Assembly (NCBI GenBank): GCA_965248975.1
Contig: CBDFKU010000017.1
Coordinates: 27,236-91,235, forward strand
Reading direction: 5' to 3'
Source of the DNA: Dehalococcoidia bacterium
GTDB lineage: Bacteria > Chloroflexota > Dehalococcoidia > Lucifugimonadales > JAGWBF01
Length of the DNA stretch: 64,000 bases
A model generated the notes under the pieces. That model saw only the letters and a program-made list of their open reading frames with translations. It made no database searches and was not told the DNA's origin. Within the stretch, counting starts at the first letter, position 1; each line of letters opens with the position of its first letter. A program made the position numbers and the translations under genes. Positions 30,520 through 39,004 of this stretch are shown one piece after another.

Positions 30520-32061
30520 ATGGTCAAGGTGATGGACCAGCAGGAGATCGAGGCCAGGACTAAAGAATACGAAGAGCAGCTTCGTGGAGAGATGGGGCTG
30601 GGCAAGAAGGAGTTGGAACACTTCGAGAAGCCCTTCGAGCGCCCGTGGCCCAAGTCGGAGAAGGAAACTACCACCATCCTCTATGGCGGCCTGACGCTGG
30701 CCCACGAGGAGTTGATCGCCGAGGCGATGAAGGGGCTAGACTACAGGGTACAGCCGATACCCTGTCCCGACAACGATGCCCTGACCCTGGGCAAAGAGTA
30801 CGGCAACCGCGGGCAGTGCAACCCGACGTACTACACCGTAGGCAACCTGGTGAAGTACCTCAGGGAGCTCAGGGACGCGGGAGAAGAGAACGTCGAGGAC
30901 AGGTACGTCTACGTGACCGCGGGCGCCTGCGGACCCTGTCGCTTCGGGATGTACGAGGCGGAGTACCGCAAGGCCCTGCGCGACTCGGGCTTCGGCAAGT
31001 TCAGGGTCCTGCTGTTCCAGCAGGGCGGCGGGTTCAACCAGAGCGGAGAGGACGCCGCCCTGGAGTTGAACGCCAAGTTCGCCATCACCCTTCTCAAGTC
31101 CATCATGGTCGGCGACATGATCAACGAGCTGGGATACAAGATCCGCCCCTACGAGGTGACCAAGGGGCAGACCGACGAGGTCATAGAGGAAGCCAAGGTG
31201 ATCATGGGCACCGCCCTCAGGGAGAAGCGGTCCATCTTCCGGGCGCTGCGCCAGGTCCGCAAGCGGTTCAAGACCATCTCGGTGGACTACACCCGGGTCA
31301 AGCCCAAGGTAAAGATCACCGGTGAGTTCTGGGCCCAGACCACCGAGGGCGATGGCAACTACCACATGTTCAGCTGGCTAGAGTCCGAAGGCGCCGAGGT
31401 CCAGGTGGAGCCCATTGGTACCTGGATCGAGTACCTCATCTGGTCGGCCAAGCACACCGCCGAGGAGAAGCTCAGGATCGATCCGAAGAAGAAGAAGACC
31501 ATCCGGATACTGAAGGTCGGCACGGTGGTGTTCCGCATATGGTACAACCTGTACCGCCGGGCCCTGGGCTTCAGGACAGACTCGCTGCCCAACCAGAGGA
31601 AGCTGGCGGAGTACGCCGAATCCTACTACAACACTCACCTCAAGGGCGGCGAGGGTCACCTGGAGATTGGGAAGAACATCATGGTTACTGCGGAGAAGCA
31701 CTCCCAGATGGTGGTCTCCCTGAAGCCCTTCGGCTGCATGCCCAGCACCATGAGCGACGGCGTGCAGAGCCGGGTGGTGGCCGACTACAAGGACTCGATC
31801 TATATACCCATCGAGACCTCCGGAGACGGCGAGGTCAACGTCAAGAGCCGCGTCCAGATGAAGCTGTATGAGGCAAAGATGAAGGCCCGCCAGGAGATCA
31901 AGGACGTGCTGGAGGAGCATAAGGTCACCATGGAGCAGGTGAAGGAGTACGTGGCGAAGCACCCCAAGTACAACCGCGCCATGCGCAAGCTGCCCTTGCA
32001 CCACGGGATCAGCACGACGGCCAACCTGGTGGCCGAAGTAGCCGGGCACATCAAGAAATAG
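30520..32061 (+). CDS. Activase-associated 2-hydroxyacyl-CoA-dehydratase-like protein (partner of the preceding gene)
   Basis: 513 aa. GACGPCRFGMYEAEYRKAL and KPFGCMPS blocks are typical of the family co-encoded with these activases. Confidence 0.55.
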   Translation: MVKVMDQQEIEARTKEYEEQLRGEMGLGKKELEHFEKPFERPWPKSEKETTTILYGGLTLAHEELIAEAMKGLDYRVQPIPCPDNDALTLGKEYGNRGQCNPTYYTVGNLVKYLRELRDAGEENVEDRYVYVTAGACGPCRFGMYEAEYRKALRDSGFGKFRVLLFQQGGGFNQSGEDAALELNAKFAITLLKSIMVGDMINELGYKIRPYEVTKGQTDEVIEEAKVIMGTALREKRSIFRALRQVRKRFKTISVDYTRVKPKVKITGEFWAQTTEGDGNYHMFSWLESEGAEVQVEPIGTWIEYLIWSAKHTAEEKLRIDPKKKKTIRILKVGTVVFRIWYNLYRRALGFRTDSLPNQRKLAEYAESYYNTHLKGGEGHLEIGKNIMVTAEKHSQMVVSLKPFGCMPSTMSDGVQSRVVADYKDSIYIPIETSGDGEVNVKSRVQMKLYEAKMKARQEIKDVLEEHKVTMEQVKEYVAKHPKYNRAMRKLPLHHGISTTANLVAEVAGHIKK

Positions 32062-32087
32062 GCTGCGGCCTTAATCCAAGAAGCCGA

Positions 32088-32126
32088 AGAAGGCCCGGGC
32101 AAACACTGCCTGGGCCTTCTGTATTT
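32088..32126 (+). terminator. Rho-independent terminator
   Basis: GAAGGCCCGGGC (loop) GCCTGGGCCTTC followed by TGTATTT. Confidence 0.6.
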
Positions 32127-32135
32127 CCGGCCCTC

Positions 32136-32210
32136 TCCTCCCCCCTCTGTGGGGGAGGATTAAGATGGGGGGCACCCCCATCCTGCCCTTCCCCCATCGA
32201 GGGGGAAGGG
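32136..32210. repeat. Three consecutive C-run/G-run hairpins
   Basis: TCCTCCCCC(n6)GGGGGAGGA at 32136-32159. GATGGGG(n5)CCCCATC at 32164-32182. CCCTTCCCCC(ATCGA)GGGGGAAGGG at 32186-32210. Confidence 0.6.
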
Positions 32211-32270
32211 ATATGACCCCCTAAGCTGGTATAATCTACGCTACAGGAGACACCCTTTCGGGAGGCGGCC

Positions 32271-33092
32271 GTGGTGCAGCTCAGACCCAGGCTAGAAGGC
32301 AAGGTGGCCATCGTCACCGGCGGAGGCGCCCGTGAGCCCGAGCATCTGGCGGGCACAGGCAAGGCCATTTCAGTCCAGCTGGCCCGGGAGGGGGCCAGGG
32401 TGCTGGTGGTGGACCAGGTCCTGGAGAATGCCCAGGCCACGGTGGCGGCCATCCAGCAGGAGGGCGGACAGGCCTCCGAGTATCAGGGCGACGTTACCAG
32501 CGACGCCGACTGCCGGGGCATGGTGGAGGCGGCCCTGGAGCGCTACGGCGGCCTGCACGTGCTGGTGAACAACGTGGGCATCCTTAGTCCCGACCGGGGC
32601 GCCGGCCTGGACATGTCGGAAAAGGCGTGGGACACGGTAATGGCGGTGAACCTCAAGGGCATGTGGCTCACCAGCAGGCACTCCATCCCCCGGATGGCGG
32701 AGGCGGGCGGTGGCTCCATCATTAACATCTCCTCGGTGGGAGCCCTGCGCACCGAGATCGACGGCAGCAGCGTGGTCTATGGCGTCTCCAAGGGCGGCGT
32801 GATTTCCCTGACCACCATGCTGGCGGTGCAGAACGGCCGCCAGAACGTGCGGGTCAACTGCATCATCCCGGGCAACATCTACACGCCCATGGTGGCCGGC
32901 ATGCGCACCGCAGAGCAGCGGGATCTGGAGGTGCGGCGCGTCCCGATACACCGGGAGGGGACGGCGTGGGACATCGCAAACGCGGCGGTGTTCCTGGCCA
33001 GCGACGAGTCCTCCTGGGTCACGGGCATAACCCTGCCCGTGGACGGCGGCTATCTGGCCAGCGTGCCAGGGGATTTGGTGCCGGAGGGGTAA
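32271..33092 (+). CDS. Short-chain dehydrogenase/reductase (SDR)
   Basis: GKVAIVTGGGA nucleotide-binding motif, NNVG, and the S...YGVSK catalytic motif. Confidence 0.85.
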   Translation: MVQLRPRLEGKVAIVTGGGAREPEHLAGTGKAISVQLAREGARVLVVDQVLENAQATVAAIQQEGGQASEYQGDVTSDADCRGMVEAALERYGGLHVLVNNVGILSPDRGAGLDMSEKAWDTVMAVNLKGMWLTSRHSIPRMAEAGGGSIINISSVGALRTEIDGSSVVYGVSKGGVISLTTMLAVQNGRQNVRVNCIIPGNIYTPMVAGMRTAEQRDLEVRRVPIHREGTAWDIANAAVFLASDESSWVTGITLPVDGGYLASVPGDLVPEG

Positions 33093-33098
33093 GATAGC

Positions 33099-34388
33099 TT
33101 GGCAGATTACACTGAGTTCCACGAGGCACTAAAACTATTTGTGCAGGAAGTCTGCGCAGCGATCAGCCAGATAGAGATCCCCAAACGGCCTTGGACCAGA
33201 ATAGTTCGTGACGAACAAGCAGTTTCTTATCCCAAAGAAGAGCGATCTGACTTAACCTGGCTCCTTGTTCGGTTACGCATCGGATTGCATGAGAATCCAA
33301 CGGAGGCACTTCAGCGTGTTATACACGAGGCACGAGACGACCAGAAGCTCAGGAATCTGCTCTTACGGGATGCGGGCGGCAAACCTATCACTGACGAAAA
33401 AGCGCAATACTGGATCACGGAGCAAATCTGCGGAGCCTTCCTAGGCGCCTATTTTGATCGGACAGAAAATCAAGCCTTTGACGAGACCACCTTTGAGGAC
33501 ACGTTTCACCAGTTAATAACTGAGCTTAAGTCCCCTCTTGTCACTGTGACAGAGGTCAGTCCACTTATAAACTGTAGGCTTGATTCTAGCCAGGTCGAGA
33601 TTGCTCCCTGGTTGGCCATACGAAAGCTTACAACCGACGAATTAGAGAAGGAACTTAATAAGTATACTGAGATGCCGTTTATGGCATTTCATATGCCGCC
33701 GCTTGATCCGATCGGCTCGGATTGTGCCATCGAGGTGACCTATGAAAGAGGTCGGCATGAAGGATGGGGTTCGAGCCGTGAAGTTGCCGACTCGGTTGCC
33801 GATCTCTTGACAACCCTCCGGCTCCTCACCGACCGAAGTATCCACATTGCATTCACTAGACGGAAATCAGACAGTATGCTCCAACCTGGAGGCGGAACCA
33901 GTTCAAATATCAGGCCCCGTTTGCTAGCCACGGCAGCGCATGTTGACAGTTCCATGCAAAAACAGATCATAGACGCATGGAGTCGTATCCGAGCTTTGGC
34001 TACTAACCCCCCGGTCAAGCTAGCCTTGAGGCGTTGGGATATTGTTTCAGAATGATACAACGAGGACGACGCCCTGATCGACTACTGGATCGCTCTTGAA
34101 TCGCTATTCCTGCCCGATTCTACCCAGGAGCTTAGCTACAGAGCATCCCTTCGGATTGCTGCGTTTGTCGGAGAGACTCCTGAGGAACGTAAACAGGCCT
34201 ACGGCGACTTAAAGGAATCGTATCGCCTGCGGTCGAGAATTGTACACGGCGACGTCGTAACGTCCAGCGACAAATCGGACTTGATCGGCAAAACGCGCGA
34301 GTACCTAAGGGAGACGATCCTTAAGATACTGGGCTCAAACGAGGAGTTTGATCCCGGATCGACGGAATTGGGTCTTCTTGGGCGTTAA
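33099..34388 (+). pseudogene. ApeA-like HEPN-domain protein gene interrupted by one in-frame TGA (34053-34055)
   Basis: 318 codons, then TGA, then 110 codons in the same frame. The downstream part reads YNEDDALIDYWIALESLFLP..SYRASLRIAAFVG..ESYRLRSRIVHGD (Rx4H HEPN motif). The region is visibly more AT-rich than its neighbours. Confidence 0.6.
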
Positions 34389-34399
34389 AGGAGTTCTCG

Positions 34400-35932
34400 C
34401 TATTTCATAAAATCCGCGACGCGCTCGCCGATCATGATGGTGGTGCAGTTGGTGTTGGCCCGGATCACGTCGGGCATGATCGAGGCGTCGGCCACCCGCA
34501 GCCCCTCCAGGCCGTGAACCTGGCAGTGCTGGTCCACCACAGCCATGGGGTCCGAGGCCGGGCCCATCTTGCAGGTGCCCGATATGTGCTGGGCGGGGCC
34601 CACGTTCTCCAGGATCCACCGGTCCAGAGATTCCTGGGATGCCAGGTCTGCATCGGTGGGGCCCACCCGCTCTCCGGCCACGCCCTTGAAGGCCTCGTGC
34701 TCCAGCAGCCTCACTGCCAGGAGCACCGCCTCCCGCAGGCGCTGCAGGTCCCAGGGGTCCTCCAGCAGCCGGAAGTCCATGTGGGGCTGCACGTTGGGGT
34801 CGGCGGAGGCGAGACGCAACTCGCCGGCTCCGTTGGCCAGCTGCAGCTGGCAGGTAAGGCGGACACCCCCGGTCATGCGAGGGTCGATATCCGCCAGGTA
34901 GGGGAAGCCGGTGGCGATGATCTGCATGTCGTTGCGGGAGTCGGAGCCCTCGATGGTGTAGCGGAGCATGGTCTGGATCTTGGGCCCGAAGGGGTCCAGG
35001 GAGAGGGTCTTGCCGGGCTCGGCCCGCACCGCCACGATGGGATGGTCCCGCATGTTCTGACCTACCCCGGACAGGGCATGGACCACGGAGATGTCCAATT
35101 CGCGCAGGTGGTCCGCCGGCCCGACCCCGGACAGCATCAGCATCTGGGGTGAGGCGACGGCCCCGCTGCTGAGCACGATCTCCTCCCCCTCGACCACGAA
35201 CCGCTCGCCGCCGCTCTCAACCTCCACGCCGGTGGCTCGCTTGCCGTCGAACAGGATGCGCCGGACCAAGACGTTGCCCCTGACGGTGAGGTTCAGCCGG
35301 TGGCGGTTGGGGATGATGTAGGTCAAGCCGGTGCTCATGCGCGTGCCGTCGGGGTTGTTCATCGGCACCGGGCCCACGCCGGTGGACTCGGGGTGGTTCA
35401 TGTCGGGGTCCGCCCGGAAGCCGGCGTCGAGACATGCCCGGTCGAAGGCCGTCTGGACAGCCAGCCACTCGTCACGCGGGTGACGGCGCACCGGCATGGG
35501 GCCGTCGGAGCCGTGGAAGTCGTCGCGGATGTCCAGGTCCGTCTCCATCTTCCTGAAGTAGGGCAGGACCTTGAGGTAGGACCACTCGTCGTTGCCCATC
35601 GAGGCCCAGTCGTCGTAGTCCTCGGGGACGCCGCGCAGCAGGACCTGGCCGTTGATGGAGCTGGTGCCGCCCACCACTCTGCCCCTAGGGATGGGCGTGG
35701 GCTCGGGCTGATGGGCGTTGGCGGTGGCCACGAAGGACCAGTTGTGGCGGGCGCCCATCTGCCAAGCGTAAGGGCTGTAGCCGTTCTTCAGCTCGTCGGG
35801 GGTCTGCTCCATGTCGTGGTAGTCTGGCCCGGCCTCCAGCAGCAACACCGAGCGCTCCGGGTCCTCCGAGAGCCGGCTGGCGAGGGTGCATCCCGCGGAG
35901 CCGGCCCCAATCACGATTATGTCGTACTTCAT
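34400..35932 (-). CDS. GMC-family FAD oxidoreductase (choline-dehydrogenase-like)
   Basis: MKYDIIVIGAGSAGCTLASRLSEDP..GG.SSINGQV..; the C-terminus has ..HISGTCKMG..VVD..LRVADASIMP. Confidence 0.9.
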   Translation of the reverse strand: MKYDIIVIGAGSAGCTLASRLSEDPERSVLLLEAGPDYHDMEQTPDELKNGYSPYAWQMGARHNWSFVATANAHQPEPTPIPRGRVVGGTSSINGQVLLRGVPEDYDDWASMGNDEWSYLKVLPYFRKMETDLDIRDDFHGSDGPMPVRRHPRDEWLAVQTAFDRACLDAGFRADPDMNHPESTGVGPVPMNNPDGTRMSTGLTYIIPNRHRLNLTVRGNVLVRRILFDGKRATGVEVESGGERFVVEGEEIVLSSGAVASPQMLMLSGVGPADHLRELDISVVHALSGVGQNMRDHPIVAVRAEPGKTLSLDPFGPKIQTMLRYTIEGSDSRNDMQIIATGFPYLADIDPRMTGGVRLTCQLQLANGAGELRLASADPNVQPHMDFRLLEDPWDLQRLREAVLLAVRLLEHEAFKGVAGERVGPTDADLASQESLDRWILENVGPAQHISGTCKMGPASDPMAVVDQHCQVHGLEGLRVADASIMPDVIRANTNCTTIMIGERVADFMK

Positions 35933-36000
35933 GACTTCCCCCTTTTAGACTCCCGGCAAAGGGGCTTTGCCCCTCTGCACTCCCCTTTCGGACTGGGGCA

Positions 36001-37133
36001 CTAGTACTCAGTCAACCTGTGATTTGAAGGATATAGCCGATGGAGTTTCGCCCTAGCATCTTGGGTGTTGAAGCGCCAATGGATAGAGGCTCGGGCGGCG
36101 TTTCGCTCCCCCTCCAGGGCCTGAATTTCTCGGCGGAGGGCAGCCTCATCGGGGACACGCCTCCTCAGGCAAGATCGGGCCAGGACGCTGAACTCGATCT
36201 CCGCCATGTTGAGCCAACTGCCGTGTTTGGGGGTGTGGTGGAACTCCAGCCGCTTTACGATACGCCGGGCCTCAGGGGCAGGAAAGGCCTCGTACAGGGA
36301 AGCCGGGCGATGAGTGTTCAGGTTATCCAGAACAACTCGCACCACCGGGGCCTCCGGGTAGGCCTCATCCACCAACCAACGCATCTGACGGGCGAAGTCC
36401 TGCTGGGTCCGCCGCTGGGTGATGGCCACGTGTCTCCAGCCCTGCAGCGGCTCGCAGGTCAGGAACAGGTTCCGGGTGCCCTCCCTTCGGTACAAAGTAG
36501 TCCTGTCGCCGCGGCTGTCCCGGCTTCGCTGGGAGGGCGGCCGTGGCTCGCTCAACAGCTGAGTCGAGGTCTCGTCAAAGCAGACCACCGGCCGCCGGGG
36601 GTCATAGGGCTCGGCATACAGGTCCAGCACATCCTCCATGGCTGCCACAAAGTCGGCGCTCACCTTAGGAATACACCATTCCTTCTTCTGCCACGGCTTA
36701 AGAACGTTTTTTTGAGCCGCTTGCGGATGCCTTCATGGGACATGGAGGGCACCAACCCTAGCTCTACCACTTTCCCGGCCAACAGCCGCAGGGTCCAGTG
36801 GTCGTGGCCATCCGGCGCGGCGCTGCAGGCCAGGGCGATGAGGTGGGCCTCTCCCTTGTCGTCCAGCTTCCTCCGTGGCCTGGGCCTGGGCCTTTCCAGC
36901 AAAGCCCCCTTCATGCCCTCTTCAGCGAAACGCCGCTTGATGCGGAACACTGTGCCTACGGAGACGTCCAAGGCCTCAGACACCTTGGGAGCCTTCCAAC
37001 CCTCATCGCTCTTTAGTAGAATCCTCGCCCGGGTCATCACACGAGCCCGGCTCTTCCCACTTCGAATCAATTGCTGGAGTTGTTCCCGGTCTTCCTGGTC
37101 CAAGCGCACCCTATACTTTTCCCGTCGTCCCAT
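36001..37133 (-). pseudogene. IS630 transposase of copy B, with a 17-codon out-of-frame patch relative to copy A
   Basis: It has the same A7 tract (36707-36713). One C is deleted and GAG is replaced by TTTG. This turns ..PPLPAKPGQPRRQDYEYRREG.. into ..PPSQRSRDSRGDRTTLYRREG.. Confidence 0.6.
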
Positions 37134-37229
37134 CACTGCCACCCCTTGGGTAGATTCTGTCTTCCCAAAGGGTAGCAACTTTGAGTGATTTCTTAAATAA
37201 TTACCAACACCGAGTTGACTGAGTACTAG
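36001..37229 (-). mobile_element. IS630-family element, copy B, complete
   Basis: Perfect 16-bp terminal inverted repeats: CTAGTACTCAGTCAAC at 36001-36016 against GTTGACTGAGTACTAG at 37214-37229. Both termini contain TA at the ends, consistent with a TA target duplication. Confidence 0.85.
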
Positions 37230-37517
37230 GGCGACTGCGAGATCGGATGGGCCTCACACCCCCACCTCGCCGGCCGGGCGGTCCAGCAGACCCCAGGCGA
37301 ACTGCACGAAGCAGTATACGGCGGCGAAGTTGCTCACCAGGCCCAGGGAGACCCGCACCGCCCCGGCGCTCTTGCCGTCGCTGCGCTCCAGCACTGCTTT
37401 AAGGTCGGGTGCTCTTCCTTAGCACATTATCCCACAACCGATGGGAGGATTGACACGACGACGGCCTGCGGGTACGTTGGTGGTGGCTTCCCGAGTGACG
37501 CGATAAGGAGGTAGGCC

Positions 37518-38235
37518 GTGGACGGTCCCTTTCTGCACCTGATCAACTACGACGCCGACCCGGAGCACGAGCACGCCTTCGACGTGTGGTACAACACCCA
37601 CATCCTCAACGTCCTGAAATGCCCGGCTTATCAGTGGAGCTCGCGCTACGTCTCACTGGAAGGCAACTTCGAGGGGCCCTACATCAGGAACCTCACCATG
37701 TATATGATCGAGGACATGGCGGCCTTCGAGGTGGTGCTGGCGAAGGACGAGCGATCCCGTCATCCAGCGCTAAAAAAAAGACGAGGAAGACTTCAAGGCC
37801 CTCCAGGGGGTACGCTACGTTCATTCCAGCGTCTACGAGCAGGTCGGCGGAAGCCACCTGGGCAAACCGCTGCTGATGGCCAACCGTCCACTGCTGCTAG
37901 CCCTGAGCGACGCAAGTCCTGGTAAGGAAGCGGAGTGGGACCGCTGGTCCGAGGAGGTTGAGCTACCGGCTCTGATGCGCGATCCGTGGGTCGTGGCCGC
38001 GGGCCGCTTCCGGGCCGTCGAGGGGATCATCCCACCCTGGCTGACCCAGGGTCCCAGGACTCTGACCCTGTGCGAGCTCGCCGGGGAGGAGGCCGCCCGT
38101 GCCATGTTCGATCCGGGAAAGATGAGTCCGGCCGTCGGGGGCCTGGTAGCACCGGAGCAGGGGGCGGCTCGCAGAAATAGGTATTTCTACAAACCCATCT
38201 CCCAGCACTGGTCGTTCAAGAAAGATTCGCGCTAA
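37518..38235 (+). pseudogene. Two-domain protein of unknown function split by a frame change in an A8 tract (37772-37779)
   Basis: ORFs 37518-37925 and 37876-38235 join into one 238-aa frame if one A is removed (..RHPALKKDEEDFKALQGVRYVHSSVYEQVGG..). Both halves begin with a similar pattern (LINYDADPEHEHAFDVWYNTHIL and LLALSDASPGKEAEWDRWSEEVELP). Confidence 0.5.
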
Positions 38236-38331
38236 GGGATGGTAGCCGAGGCACGATACCGGGTGGCATAGTACCATGGGATTCTGTAGTGTTGCCATGA
38301 TCCAGAGTAGCAGCGGTCCCGAGGAAGGTGT

Positions 38332-39003
38332 CTAACTGTAGACCTTCCAGTCGGTCGGGATGGGGTTGGAGATCCACCCCTTGCTGAGGGCGATGGTCAC
38401 CGCGTGCGTCCTGTCGTTGACATCCAGCTTCCGAAGGATCGAGGTCACGTGGTTCTTTACCGTCTGATCGGTGATCTCCAGGTCCTGCGCTATCTCTTTG
38501 TTGCTCAAGCCCGCCGCGGCCAGCTCTAGGACCTCGACCTCGCGGCCGGATAGTGCCCTCCCGGTCTGCCCGGGCCTCTGGAGCCCGTACAGGAGGTTGG
38601 TGATGACGCTGGTGTCCACAGGAGTGCCGCCTTGGACGACCTGATGGATGGCGTTTACTATCTCTTCCCGGTTGCCCTTCTTGAGGAGGAACCCATCGGC
38701 TCCTGCCTCGATGGCGGCCCCAAGAAACTCTTCCCCGTACGAGGTCAGCATGATCACCTTCAGGTGGGGATAGGAGATCTTAATCCTTCTAAGGGTCTCA
38801 ATGCCGTCGATGCCCCCGAGCCGGGCGTCCAGGAGGATTACATCGGTAGCGACACCCTGTAGCAAAGACAGGGCATCCTCACCGCTGGATGCGTCCCCCA
38901 CGACGCAGAACTGCTCCTCCTGCTCCAGCATCCGCCGCAGGCCTTCGCACACTACGTAGTGGTCGTCTACCAGAAAAATGCGGATCTCTTTCTCTAGCAT
39001 CAT
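38332..39003 (-). CDS. NarL/FixJ(LuxR)-family response regulator
   Basis: Receiver domain (IRIFLVDDHYVV..DVILLDARLGGIDG..KVIMLTS) plus a LuxR HTH (LSGREVEVLELAAAGLSNKEIAQDLEITDQTVKNHVTSILRKL). Start ATG 39003 lies 1 nt after the kinase stop. Confidence 0.9.
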   Translation of the reverse strand: MMLEKEIRIFLVDDHYVVCEGLRRMLEQEEQFCVVGDASSGEDALSLLQGVATDVILLDARLGGIDGIETLRRIKISYPHLKVIMLTSYGEEFLGAAIEAGADGFLLKKGNREEIVNAIHQVVQGGTPVDTSVITNLLYGLQRPGQTGRALSGREVEVLELAAAGLSNKEIAQDLEITDQTVKNHVTSILRKLDVNDRTHAVTIALSKGWISNPIPTDWKVYS

Positions 39004-39004
39004 G

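Noticed and set aside
34053-34055. The TGA in the HEPN gene as selenocysteine, or as evidence for a TGA-sense genetic code.
   Set aside because: TGA is used as a normal stop by neighbouring genes, for example alaS at 23886-23888 and the IS110 transposase at 16591-16593. The context is not a redox motif, and I see no SECIS-like hairpin directly downstream. A nonsense mutation or a sequencing error is simpler.
19307-37229. The two IS630 copies as the arms of a composite transposon.
   Set aside because: The enclosed DNA is core housekeeping (alaS, ruvX). Copy A lacks its outer terminus and copy B has its own TA-flanked ends. Independent insertions are more likely.
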